From an uncultured Chloroflexia bacterium (GTDB lineage Bacteria > Chloroflexota > Anaerolineae > JAAYZQ01), in the NCBI GenBank assembly GCA_963700285.1, contig CAVOXA010000015.1, forward strand, positions 192,001 through 256,000: a stretch of 64,000 nt of DNA, given 5' to 3'. Shown in pieces: positions 10,154-19,513 of this stretch. Each line of letters begins with the position of its first letter. Positions within the stretch are counted from its first letter, which is position 1. A program made the position numbers and the translations under genes. Under the pieces are notes generated by a model, which saw only the letters and a program-made list of their open reading frames with translations, did not search any database and was not told where the DNA came from.

Positions 10154-11506
10154 CTACAGCCTGCTGTCGGCTGAGTCTGACCCACCAGCATCATCCCTGG
10201 CGGCCGACTCACCCTGAAGGAATGTCATCTCCTGGGCCAGTGTCTCTACTGCGTGGAGCAGGACGGCGTTGATTTGATTCTGCTGCTCGACGATAGGATC
10301 GATATACCAGCGCAACAAGCGGCGGGTAAGTTTCTGGAGGATGGCCGTAATCTTGGGCCCAAGGCCCGGTGGCCACTCGGGCCAGGCAATGGGCTGGTGC
10401 GGTTCAACACGCCCGTCCAACCTGTACAGGGTGAGGAATAGCCTATGGCTCTCGGTTGTTGTCGCCGCGCTACTATGGGTGGAAGGCGCACCCGGAGTGA
10501 ACCAGGCATCGAGGATCTCTTTGACTCTATCAGATGAAGGTGCGCCGGCCTCTGCGTACCAGGCGCGGCGGAGCTGGCTTAGCATCTCGGCAAGCAAGGT
10601 CTGTGACCTGGCTCGAGATCCCACACCCAGCCGGCTGCGCCATTCCGCCAGGTTGTCCACCTCACGCATTGTCTTCAAGTAAACCCAGCGCAGAACCTGT
10701 CGGTTCAGGGACGGCCCTGTGCGCAAGAAATCGAGTTCGGCTGGCAGGAACTCTTGAAGCAAGCGCTCGGCGGACCAATGCTTGCATACAAATCGTACCC
10801 GTCCCGCCTCCAGGCCCAAGATGCGGCTTATTTCCGTTGCCCGGCTGGTTGAGGACTCGTGGTGGATGGCCACAGCCTCCGGTGTCAGGACGACACGGTA
10901 TCCCGCGGCCCGGGCCCGGTAGCTCATGTCGGGATCTTCATAGTCGATAGGGAAGAATCTTTCGTCTTCGTAGCCAATCTGCTCCAGCACCTGGCGGGTG
11001 ATGGCCAGCGATGCCCCGGTGATAAAGTCCACATCGTCAGAGACGTCCCACTGGCCCTCGTCTGGTTCGTGCCAGCCGATATGGTAGGTGTAGCCCCGGG
11101 GAGCTTCAATGCGTCCTCCTGCGAACTGGATCGTGCCATCGGGGTAGAGAAGCTTGGCCCCCGCGATTCCGATGGTAGGGTCTGATTGCATCGTGCGAAC
11201 CAGATGCTCCATCCAGTCAGGATAGGGCTCAACGTCCGCGTTAATCAGCACACAGATGTCACCTTGAGCAGCTCGCAGACCTACATTATTGCCCCCCGCA
11301 ACCCCGAGGTTCTGTTCGGTGCGTATGAGTTGGACCTCGGCAAAATCCCGCTCGACGATCTCGGCCATCCGATCCGGCGAATGATTGTCCACGACGATGG
11401 TCTCGATGGCAGGATAGGTCTGCTTCTGCAGCGCCCGTAAACAGGTTTCGATGTAGGGCTCGCCGCCCCACCCCAGGATGATGACAGAAGCAAGGAGATC
11501 AGTCAC
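10154..11506 (-). CDS. GT2 glycosyltransferase (rhamnosyltransferase-like) with shared C-terminal module
   Basis: VVDNHSPD, NLGVAGGNN, INADV, YEDPD motifs; C-terminal LRWYIDPIVEQQNQIN. Confidence 0.88.
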   Translation of the reverse strand: MTDLLASVIILGWGGEPYIETCLRALQKQTYPAIETIVVDNHSPDRMAEIVERDFAEVQLIRTEQNLGVAGGNNVGLRAAQGDICVLINADVEPYPDWMEHLVRTMQSDPTIGIAGAKLLYPDGTIQFAGGRIEAPRGYTYHIGWHEPDEGQWDVSDDVDFITGASLAITRQVLEQIGYEDERFFPIDYEDPDMSYRARAAGYRVVLTPEAVAIHHESSTSRATEISRILGLEAGRVRFVCKHWSAERLLQEFLPAELDFLRTGPSLNRQVLRWVYLKTMREVDNLAEWRSRLGVGSRARSQTLLAEMLSQLRRAWYAEAGAPSSDRVKEILDAWFTPGAPSTHSSAATTTESHRLFLTLYRLDGRVEPHQPIAWPEWPPGLGPKITAILQKLTRRLLRWYIDPIVEQQNQINAVLLHAVETLAQEMTFLQGESAARDDAGGSDSADSRL

Positions 11507-12878
11507 TGGTGTCCTCCCGGCTGTCTATCCGCTCAGCGCGAGCCATGGCTTCGGCCAGAGTGGTGAGTTCCCGGACGTTCTCGGCAATATCCAGGGCCTG
11601 CCTCTGCAAGCGCTGCTCCATGGTCTGCTCCATGGTCTGCAGGTAGTTGACCAGTTGTGCATTGAATACGCTCTGCTGGTGGGCCATGGGACGCACGTAC
11701 CATTTGGTCGCTACGCTGTTCCACAGGCCCCGGAAGGCCACGATCAACCACCCCAAAACCGGTACCTGGGAGGTGAAAGGTTGTTCCTGAATCGTCTGGT
11801 GTTCCCATAGCCTGTGCAACTGGCGAGCTAGCGTGTCCTCTTCAGGTGTGGCACTACCTCCGGCAGCTATGTCAGGTGAGCCCATCCTGATCAATGACCC
11901 CTGGGCTGCTGCGCGCAGGTCGGTTAGCAACCCAACCAGCGCATCGGCCTCGTCGGAGGAGCTACCCCGAAAGGCCAGGATGTCGCGCAGCCCCACCAGG
12001 TTGTTGAGATACGCACGGCGGGCGGCCATTAGTTCTTCACAGCGGTCCATGGATGCCACCCAGTCCAGTTCTGCAGGGCCAAACTCGTTCGTCAGCTTGT
12101 CCAGGGTCCGGTGCTTGAACAGGAAGCGGAGACGTCCTTGGTTCAAAGCTTGCTTCCGTTCGTAGCTCAGAGCGTCGGTCGTGGTGGATTCGTGGTGCGT
12201 CACGACGGCCGCGGGCTGGTAGACAACCCGATAGCCAGCCATCCTCGCCCGGAAGCACCAGTCCACATCTTCGTAGTAAGCTGGATAGAACTCTTTGTCC
12301 AGGGAGCCGATCTTTGCCAGGGCTCCCCGGCTGATGGCCAGCGCTGCACCGGTGACAAACTCGACATCGGTAACTTTGCCCGATGGATCAGTTCCCTGTC
12401 CGAGTGCGTTCTCATCCCCGGCATGTCGAGCGATGTGACCCGTTTCGCCGCGTGGGCCGTACAGGTAGCCGCCAGCATGCTGTACCGTGCCGTCCGGGTA
12501 AAGGAGCTTGCAGCCTGCAATGCCGATGTTGGCATCAGAAAAGGTGGTAGCCAACGACGCTAGCCAGCCAGGATGAACCACAGTGTCCTGATTGAGAAGG
12601 ACTACAAAATCGATGCCGGTTTCTTGGGGCAACCCAGCTACAGCTTCCAGCGCCGCATTATTACCTGCAGCAAAGCCCAGGTTGCGATCATTGCGGAGAA
12701 GCTTCACCTCAGGATATTTGTCTGCCACCAACTCGGGTGAGCCATCCGTCGATCCGTTGTCCACGACCATTGCTCCAAAGTTGGCATAGTCCTGTGCCAG
12801 TACGGCATCCAGACAGGCTTCCAGGTACTCCCGGCCGTTCCAGGCCAGGATGATAACTGTCGCTCTTGCTGCGCTCAT
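11499..12878 (-). CDS. GT2 glycosyltransferase with shared C-terminal module
   Basis: VDNGSTD, NLGFAAGNN, LNQD, YYEDVD motifs; C-terminal FTSQVPVLGW...KWYVRPMAHQQSVFN. Confidence 0.88.
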   Translation of the reverse strand: MSAARATVIILAWNGREYLEACLDAVLAQDYANFGAMVVDNGSTDGSPELVADKYPEVKLLRNDRNLGFAAGNNAALEAVAGLPQETGIDFVVLLNQDTVVHPGWLASLATTFSDANIGIAGCKLLYPDGTVQHAGGYLYGPRGETGHIARHAGDENALGQGTDPSGKVTDVEFVTGAALAISRGALAKIGSLDKEFYPAYYEDVDWCFRARMAGYRVVYQPAAVVTHHESTTTDALSYERKQALNQGRLRFLFKHRTLDKLTNEFGPAELDWVASMDRCEELMAARRAYLNNLVGLRDILAFRGSSSDEADALVGLLTDLRAAAQGSLIRMGSPDIAAGGSATPEEDTLARQLHRLWEHQTIQEQPFTSQVPVLGWLIVAFRGLWNSVATKWYVRPMAHQQSVFNAQLVNYLQTMEQTMEQRLQRQALDIAENVRELTTLAEAMARAERIDSREDTSD

Positions 12879-14308
12879 GACAGACCCACCCTTTTCCGCC
12901 ATAGCTCTGTCTGGCGCATCAGTCGCATCAAACGGCCTTGTTCATAACCATCTACCAGGGCCCGCAACCGGGCGATTTCTACATCGCGCTGTACTACTTT
13001 CTCCTGTAGTGTGGTTTGGGTGTCCTCTAGCTGTGCGCGGACATTGGACAGCCGATCTGCCGCACGATAGGGCTGGCGACAAAACTCGATCAAGGGTTGG
13101 GCTGCAAGCTCCCAGGTTCGTTCAGCCCGAGCCTGGGTGAACTGGTCTTGCCAGGCAGCCCGCGGCCGTTCTAACACGGCCTGGATGGCATCCGCAACGC
13201 CTGCGTCATCTCCATAGTCGACAACCGCTCCCAGCCCATGGGCCTCCACGACATCGCTGATGGCGTCGCCCCTTGTGACCACCATGGGCAGCCCGGACCA
13301 GATGTAATCCAGTACCCGGCTTCGAAAGGCCATCCGGGTTTCCGCGGTATCAGGGTGCAGGGAAAGCCCCACATCGGCTTCCAGAAGTACGGCGGGCCAG
13401 TCCTGGTAAGGTATCCAGTCGCCAAAAAAGACATGTTGGCCTGTGAGTCCCAGTTCGTCAGCCAGGGCCATGGTCTGCGCTCGAATTGGCATGTCGGGTA
13501 CGGCTGGATTGGGATGGCGCGTGCCGGGGAAAACGAGCCGGAGAGGTTGGCCTTTTGCTGCCAACCTGTGCGCAGCCCTGACAGCCGTCAGAGGGTCGAG
13601 CCACTGCCAGAGGCCACCACCCCAGACGACGATGGGATCCTCTGGGCCAATGCCCGGCCACATATCGCGCAATACAGCCCTCGATGCCTGGGGTGGCTCT
13701 TGCGGCAGGCCAAAGGGTACAACGTCGATCAGCCTGCGCAGGCTGGGGTCATCGGTATATGTGAGCGGGTTGACTCGCCCGTGCTGCTCGAGCATGCCCA
13801 TCCACCAGTCTCGCTGCCGCTCGCTTGCACAGATAAAGAAATCGCCAGCCTGGCACTGTCGTTGCAGGACTCTCAGCCGCTCATCGTGGCGGCTGGCTTG
13901 GACATCAATGGGCTCTCCAGCCCACAAGGCGAGGGTCTCTAGCGTGTGAGGATCATAGCCGTCAATCACCAGGGGCACTCCCAATGTTGCCATCTGCGGG
14001 AAATCGGCCAGCGTGTCGCCGCAAGCAACAATGACATCGACCTGGGTAGCCACAGGCAACAGTGATTCCCACCGGCTGCGCTGATAGGGCCACCAATCGA
14101 GGTTCCTGCCGGGTGCCGGGCTCCCGCCAGCCTCAATGGGCTCAGGTCCCTCGACTTGGCCCCTGTCAACCACGGCCGGCACAGCCAACGTCAATTGAGA
14201 GCTCCGGGCCAGGACCCGGGCCAGTTCAAAATACCGGATACCCGGCCCCGCCATGCGAGTATCTACCATCTCGTGGCTGATTACGAGTACACGTGATCCA
14301 CGCTTCAT
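12875..14308 (-). CDS. GT4-like glycosyltransferase
   Basis: MAGPGIRY, WGGGLWQWLDP, AFRSRVLDY..GLP motifs; paralog of 14305-15705. Confidence 0.82.
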   Translation of the reverse strand: MKRGSRVLVISHEMVDTRMAGPGIRYFELARVLARSSQLTLAVPAVVDRGQVEGPEPIEAGGSPAPGRNLDWWPYQRSRWESLLPVATQVDVIVACGDTLADFPQMATLGVPLVIDGYDPHTLETLALWAGEPIDVQASRHDERLRVLQRQCQAGDFFICASERQRDWWMGMLEQHGRVNPLTYTDDPSLRRLIDVVPFGLPQEPPQASRAVLRDMWPGIGPEDPIVVWGGGLWQWLDPLTAVRAAHRLAAKGQPLRLVFPGTRHPNPAVPDMPIRAQTMALADELGLTGQHVFFGDWIPYQDWPAVLLEADVGLSLHPDTAETRMAFRSRVLDYIWSGLPMVVTRGDAISDVVEAHGLGAVVDYGDDAGVADAIQAVLERPRAAWQDQFTQARAERTWELAAQPLIEFCRQPYRAADRLSNVRAQLEDTQTTLQEKVVQRDVEIARLRALVDGYEQGRLMRLMRQTELWRKRVGLS

Positions 14309-15705
14309 ACGCCCAGCTTCTCCCGCCAGCGGCCCAGTTTTTTCATAAGGCGGATAAAGTGCCCTTGTTCATAGCCGCGCACGAGCGCCGTCAATCGTTC
14401 TATCTCGGCCTGTTGCCGTGCCCTCTCACGCTGCTCCTGCGCTGAGAAGATCATGTGGCCGGGCCCTGCTGTTGCGGTCTGAAATGCTCCGCTGCCTGCT
14501 TCCCGGTCAGCGGCAAAGTGCGGTTGCTCGCAGAAGCGGGCAATTGGCTCACAGACCTTTTCCCACGTAAGACCTGGGCGCACCTGCTCGAACCGTTCAC
14601 GGTAGACTTCCCGAAGGTTCGGGGTTTCCAGCAAACGAGCGATGGCGGTGGCAATGGCCCGGTCGTCGCCGGGTGGCACAACTGTGCCCAGATTGTGGTT
14701 TGTGACCAGTTCACTGGTCGTGTCTCCCCCGGTGACAACCATCGGAAGTCCGGCCCAAATGTAATCCAGCATGCGCGTACGGAAGGCGAAATGAGTCTCC
14801 AACGTATCAAAGTGCATCGAGGCGCCAATGTCAGCTTCCAGCAGAAAGCTGGGCCACTGTTGGTAGGGGACCCAGTCGCCAAAGAACGTTACCTTGCCGG
14901 TCAGGCCCAGCCGGTCGCTCAGATCCAAGGTCTGCTTGAGCATGGGCATTTCGGCAATGATCGGGTTAGGATGGCGGGTTCCAGGGAATACCAAACGCAG
15001 GTTGGGGTGATCCACGGACACCCGTGCAACGGCGCGCACAAGACTGAGCGGATCGAGCCATTGCCACAGCCCTCCCCCCCACAACACGACCTGGTCTGGT
15101 GGGTTGATGCCCGGTATCACCCCCTTCATGACCGGCCCGGTGTGTTCAGGCTTGCATGACGGCATTCCGAAAGGGACAATGTCGATGAGTGGATGGAGAG
15201 TTCCGTCAACGCCATACGTATCAGGGTTTATGCGGCCAAGGACATTCAAAACTCCCAGCCAGTAATCTCTCTGGCGTTGGTTGGCGCAAAAGAAAAAATC
15301 TCCTGAGAGCCCTACCTGCCGCGTGATTTCCAGTTTGATACTGAAGCTGGCCATTTGATGTTCTGGGGGTTGATCCGAAAACTGGTGGAGTGTCTCAAAA
15401 CTATACGTATTGGCCGCTTCCAGGATCAGGGGTTTGCCACAGCTTGCCAACTTTGGGAAATCCTCAAACAGGTTGCCGTCAAATAAGAGCACTTCCGCCT
15501 GGGCGATGGCTGGTTCGATGGAGCTCCACTGTTTGCGACAATAGATGCAAGTGGCGAATCCCTCACCAGGCAGACTGTGGTCAGGCGTCGCCAGGGTCAC
15601 ATCCAGCCTGTTGGCCAGGGCTCGGGCCATTTCCCAGTAGCGCAGGCCAGACCCAGCCATGCAGTCATCTACGACGTCATTGCTGATGAGAAGCAGTCGG
15701 GTCAT
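14305..15705 (-). CDS. GT4-like glycosyltransferase
   Basis: MAGSGLRY, WGGGLWQWLDP, AFRTRMLDY..GLP motifs. Confidence 0.82.
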   Translation of the reverse strand: MTRLLLISNDVVDDCMAGSGLRYWEMARALANRLDVTLATPDHSLPGEGFATCIYCRKQWSSIEPAIAQAEVLLFDGNLFEDFPKLASCGKPLILEAANTYSFETLHQFSDQPPEHQMASFSIKLEITRQVGLSGDFFFCANQRQRDYWLGVLNVLGRINPDTYGVDGTLHPLIDIVPFGMPSCKPEHTGPVMKGVIPGINPPDQVVLWGGGLWQWLDPLSLVRAVARVSVDHPNLRLVFPGTRHPNPIIAEMPMLKQTLDLSDRLGLTGKVTFFGDWVPYQQWPSFLLEADIGASMHFDTLETHFAFRTRMLDYIWAGLPMVVTGGDTTSELVTNHNLGTVVPPGDDRAIATAIARLLETPNLREVYRERFEQVRPGLTWEKVCEPIARFCEQPHFAADREAGSGAFQTATAGPGHMIFSAQEQRERARQQAEIERLTALVRGYEQGHFIRLMKKLGRWREKLGV

Positions 15706-17009
15706 TGCCCAGGCTCACCTTCGCCGGTCTGGGATTTCCTCAGTGGGCGATTGGCCTGGGACTCGTCAAGGAAGCCTGTCGGACCCATACGCCAAGAGGA
15801 TGGTATGAGAAAGCTGCCGTATCTCTCTTGGATAGCACTGTTGGGGCGTACGCGAAAGGTGTATGCCTGGTGGTGATAGTCGTAGGGGTGGACACCGTCA
15901 TAGTCGTACAAACAAACGGAGGCTAGGTATGTTCCCTCCAGGAGGGGCAGGTTTTGGATGACATAGTCCATATAGCCTTCCCCTTCAATTGCTTCAAGCT
16001 CTACGCCAGAAAACACCGAGTTTGGCCCACTAATATGAAAACCGTTGGCGTGATAAAGAGCAAATCCAAACTGGGGCCTCTCAATGCGCTGTTTGGCGTC
16101 AAAGTGCATGCGGACAACGAATGGTTCATCCGTCTTGAATGATCTATGTGGCTGCCCCTGTCCGTCCAGGAGCTGGACGCGCACAATCTCCGCCTCTCGA
16201 CGCGACCCCCAGCGCCACGAAGAGTCGTCTTGCATCCCTTGTTCGGCATCTTGCAGACTGCTTCCATCGGCCGCCTGGATACGAGCGACGTACTGCTCGA
16301 GGACGTGGCCCACAGCGCCCTGAGCCTCTATACTACTACCATCCAGCCAGATTGCCCGGCTACAAAGATTGCGCACCATGTCCAGGTTATGAGTTACCAG
16401 GATGATGGTGGTACCCCGGCGTTTCATTTCGTTGATCTTGTCCAGGCAACGGAGTTGAAACGCCTGGTCGCCCACTGCCAGGACCTCATCCACCAGGAGG
16501 ATGTCGGGTTTTACGTGGATGGCGATGGAAAAACCAAGGCGCATATACATACCCGACGAATAGTGCTTGACAGGTACGTCGATGAAACGTTGCATCTCGG
16601 AGAACTCGAGGATGTCATCGAATATTGCGCTCGTCTCCGCCTTGCTGAATCCAAGGATCGAGCCGTTGAGATAGATGTTTTCCCGGCCAGTCAGATCTGG
16701 ATGAAAGCCGGCGCCCAGTTCCAGCAGAGCAGAAACCCTACCATTCACTGTGATCTGCCCAGACGAGGGCTCTATGATGCGGGAAATGAGTTTGAGGAGG
16801 GTGCTCTTGCCCGCACCGTTGGCGCCGATGATACCGAGCATCTCTCCGGATTCGACGTCAAAACTCACGTCCTGGAGCGCCCAGTATTTCTCCTTCGATG
16901 GATCTCGCCTGAGACGGATTACCTTCAGGAACAGTTCCTGGAAGGAACGCGGGCGTTCCAGATGCAGCGTGAACTGTTTGGATACTCTGTCAAACCGGAC
17001 GACGGTCAT
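15702..17009 (-). CDS. wzt: Polysaccharide ABC exporter ATPase with C-terminal carbohydrate-binding domain
   Basis: Walker A GANGAGKST, LELGAGFHPDLTGREN, YSSGM, DEVLAVGD..FQ; Wzt_C-like extension starting RWGS..AEI. Confidence 0.92.
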   Translation of the reverse strand: MTVVRFDRVSKQFTLHLERPRSFQELFLKVIRLRRDPSKEKYWALQDVSFDVESGEMLGIIGANGAGKSTLLKLISRIIEPSSGQITVNGRVSALLELGAGFHPDLTGRENIYLNGSILGFSKAETSAIFDDILEFSEMQRFIDVPVKHYSSGMYMRLGFSIAIHVKPDILLVDEVLAVGDQAFQLRCLDKINEMKRRGTTIILVTHNLDMVRNLCSRAIWLDGSSIEAQGAVGHVLEQYVARIQAADGSSLQDAEQGMQDDSSWRWGSRREAEIVRVQLLDGQGQPHRSFKTDEPFVVRMHFDAKQRIERPQFGFALYHANGFHISGPNSVFSGVELEAIEGEGYMDYVIQNLPLLEGTYLASVCLYDYDGVHPYDYHHQAYTFRVRPNSAIQERYGSFLIPSSWRMGPTGFLDESQANRPLRKSQTGEGEPGQ

Positions 17010-17701
17010 GTTCTCTCATCCTCCAAAATGGCCTGCGCAATATACCAGAGAAAGATGCCCAGAACAATGACATAGGTCACAGCTAGGCCGGCATAGAAGC
17101 CCTTGGTGCCCAGAAAATAGGGCCGGCCCTCTGCCATCCTTGCCAGCAACAAGTCAACCTTATCACGGGTGCGGAGGGAGTAGAAGGTGCGGAATTTGAG
17201 ATTGCCGCTCACTGCCTGGCCATTCAGGGTTGCGCTGGCCCCTTCCAAGCTGGAATCGGGGTCATAGTGGGCGGTGACTGCATCCCCCGGTGAGGACTGG
17301 GGCGATTCCAGAGAGAAGGTAAAAGTACGTCCGGCCGAGTCCACGATGGGCGGAAACTCGAGACCATACGGCACCTCCTTCTGTATGTCGCCGGTGCGAA
17401 ACTCGCCAACTGCCAGGGTGTTGGGTCCAGCGGGTTCAGCTTGCAGCCGAAGGGTGGTCGCCTGGGTGTTCTGCACCGAGGCCGGATCCAGCGTCACTTC
17501 GATGCGGTGCAGACCAGGAAACGGCGCAATGAACTGTTGGCCTACCTCTACGGAGCCAGCTATCTCCGGGGATCGGCTGTCCCCAGAGATGTTTCCCCAG
17601 GGGGGGACCGACAGGCGATCCAGAGCGGTTATCACAATGAGCGCCAGGACAATCAGCCACACCACGGTTGATCCCAGGAGAAAAAGACGGCGTCCTGTCA
17701 C
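17006..17701 (-). CDS. Membrane protein with two TM helices flanking an extracellular beta-rich domain
   Basis: Hydrophobic N- and C-terminal segments; coupled to both neighbours by 4-nt overlaps. Confidence 0.7.
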   Translation of the reverse strand: MTGRRLFLLGSTVVWLIVLALIVITALDRLSVPPWGNISGDSRSPEIAGSVEVGQQFIAPFPGLHRIEVTLDPASVQNTQATTLRLQAEPAGPNTLAVGEFRTGDIQKEVPYGLEFPPIVDSAGRTFTFSLESPQSSPGDAVTAHYDPDSSLEGASATLNGQAVSGNLKFRTFYSLRTRDKVDLLLARMAEGRPYFLGTKGFYAGLAVTYVIVLGIFLWYIAQAILEDERT

Positions 17702-19245
17702 GGGTCTTGACCTCCCTCCACGGCCTCACTCTGCCGGTACAGGGTCAGCCATAGCGCCTCCTGCGTCACGGAAGGCGCAGGCCGTTGGCTTGTGAAATCG
17801 CGGACGGGTTGGTAGGCAGTCCGAAACCAAGCGCTTTCAGCGATCCCGGCAAAAGAGTCCCTGTGCAGCAGAACATATTCTGGCAGGTAGGCCCGAATGG
17901 TCCAGGCGGCCGAATCCTGATAAGTAGTGGCGGAGGTGAACTGGCGTGCTACTTGTGGCTGGATAAGCCCGGCAAAGTCGACGATGGGACGCTGAGCATA
18001 GTAGCCGATGATACCCACCTCCAACGCTCCGATACTGGCCCCTGGTGGTGTGTGTTCTTGGATCCATTGGCCGATCTCATGGTACACCTCGTACCTGGGA
18101 TCGGAATGCCAACTGGTCCTAATCACATCCGTCAGCAATGGTACGAGCAGTGCCACCAGGAGCAGCCCGGTCGAGAACATCACAAGAGACCGGGATAGTC
18201 TTGCCCGTGCCAGCATGTTGAGCAGCGTGACCGTCCCCTCAGCCACCAGTACCACAAATGCTGGTACCAAGGGAGCATAGTACCAGAAATAGCGGCTGAC
18301 GCCCAAAAGGGTATAGGCCAGGAAGTAGAGTGCAGTCCATGCCAGGAGTGGTATCCAGTGTCTCCTCTTTCTCAATATCCAGTATAGACCCACCAGGGCC
18401 AGGATTGCATGCAGCCAGTAGAAGGGCTGGCGGCCATACTGGCCCACCAGATCCAGAAAGCCAGCTCCGAACCGCATGCTGGCGGCCATCTGCCCCTGCT
18501 GCTGTTTGGCCAGTAGTGTGATTGGCAAAGGTGAGCCAAAGTAGAGCCAGATTCCGGTATAGAAGGTCCCAACAAGAACAGCATACACGATCACGGATCG
18601 CCAGGGTATGGGCTGGCGACGAAAGAGATGAACTATCCCGAGTGCCACCGCCGCAATGACCCCGTCGGGACGGACCATGGCGGACAGAGCAAGCACAGCA
18701 GCCGAGAGCCCGGTGCGAGAACGATCGTAGGCCCACAGTCCACTCAGGATCAGCATTGTCGAAAACAGAGTCTCTGCACCAAAGGTCAGGAACAACAGGG
18801 GCCAGAGACAGAGTAGCAGCCCCGCAAGCATGCCGGTGGCTTTCTCACCCCGGCCCTGCCCCCATGCATACAGAATGAGCGCGCTCAGTACGAGGGATAG
18901 GGCGCTCAGGGCATTGCCAAGGCTTGGAAGATCTGTCCATGCCCAGCCCAGCCCAGCCAGCAGGACAGCATACAGAGGAGCTGTTGTACTCAGTGTCCTC
19001 TGCCCAACATTGTACACGAACCCGTTGCCAGCTAGCAGATTGCTGGCATAGCGAAAGGTGATATATGGGTCATCGTAGGCCCACCGGCCGAAAAGTGAGA
19101 GCAACAGCGCCAGCGTCAGTGCTGCCAGGGCCACGGCGACAGATTGCAGGCGGCGATCTGAGAGCTGCGCGGAAGTTCTGGATTGGCTTGCAGACAGCCA
19201 TTGCCGGTGAACAGCTTGTTGTCCAGGCTCGGATTTCGCGTCCAC
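17698..19245 (-). CDS. GT-C superfamily polytopic glycosyltransferase
   Basis: First-loop YDDPYITFRYASNL acidic motif, GAET, RPDG, many TM helices, C-terminal GIIGYY...VDFAGL. Confidence 0.75.
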   Translation of the reverse strand: MDAKSEPGQQAVHRQWLSASQSRTSAQLSDRRLQSVAVALAALTLALLLSLFGRWAYDDPYITFRYASNLLAGNGFVYNVGQRTLSTTAPLYAVLLAGLGWAWTDLPSLGNALSALSLVLSALILYAWGQGRGEKATGMLAGLLLCLWPLLFLTFGAETLFSTMLILSGLWAYDRSRTGLSAAVLALSAMVRPDGVIAAVALGIVHLFRRQPIPWRSVIVYAVLVGTFYTGIWLYFGSPLPITLLAKQQQGQMAASMRFGAGFLDLVGQYGRQPFYWLHAILALVGLYWILRKRRHWIPLLAWTALYFLAYTLLGVSRYFWYYAPLVPAFVVLVAEGTVTLLNMLARARLSRSLVMFSTGLLLVALLVPLLTDVIRTSWHSDPRYEVYHEIGQWIQEHTPPGASIGALEVGIIGYYAQRPIVDFAGLIQPQVARQFTSATTYQDSAAWTIRAYLPEYVLLHRDSFAGIAESAWFRTAYQPVRDFTSQRPAPSVTQEALWLTLYRQSEAVEGGQDP

Positions 19246-19253
19246 AACCGACG

Positions 19254-19282
19254 ATTATAGCACTCTTGGGTCAACTCGCCAA
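19254..19282 (-). promoter_or_regulatory. Extended -10 promoter of the glycan operon, probably leaderless
   Basis: TTGGCG-N17-TATAAT with TG extension, 8 nt upstream of GTG 19245; no SD. Confidence 0.5.
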
Positions 19283-19513
19283 ATGGCTAGAGCGTGTTTT
19301 CAGCGCACCGCCAGCGGTACAAAGATGAGATGCGCCGTCTTGCAGGTAAAAGACTGGGGTGGAATGTAAAAGCTGTCCCAGGTCAAGGGCTGGATCGTTA
19401 CTCTATAGTCAGTAAGGTAGGAGGTGTAGAAGAGGTCTGTACTGGTCGTCAGCAAGATGCTCGGCCTCGCTCACACCGGAAACGCCTGTAGCGCCTGCGT
19501 AGCACGGGTAAGT

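Noticed and set aside
11613-11640. 12-bp duplication encoding QTME-QTME in the GT2 coiled coil
   Set aside because: Only two copies; too little to support a length-variable ruler claim.
19286-19305. CTAGAGCGTGTTTTCA resembling an IS end (similar CTAGAGC at 3220)
   Set aside because: No matching inverted partner or transposase visible.
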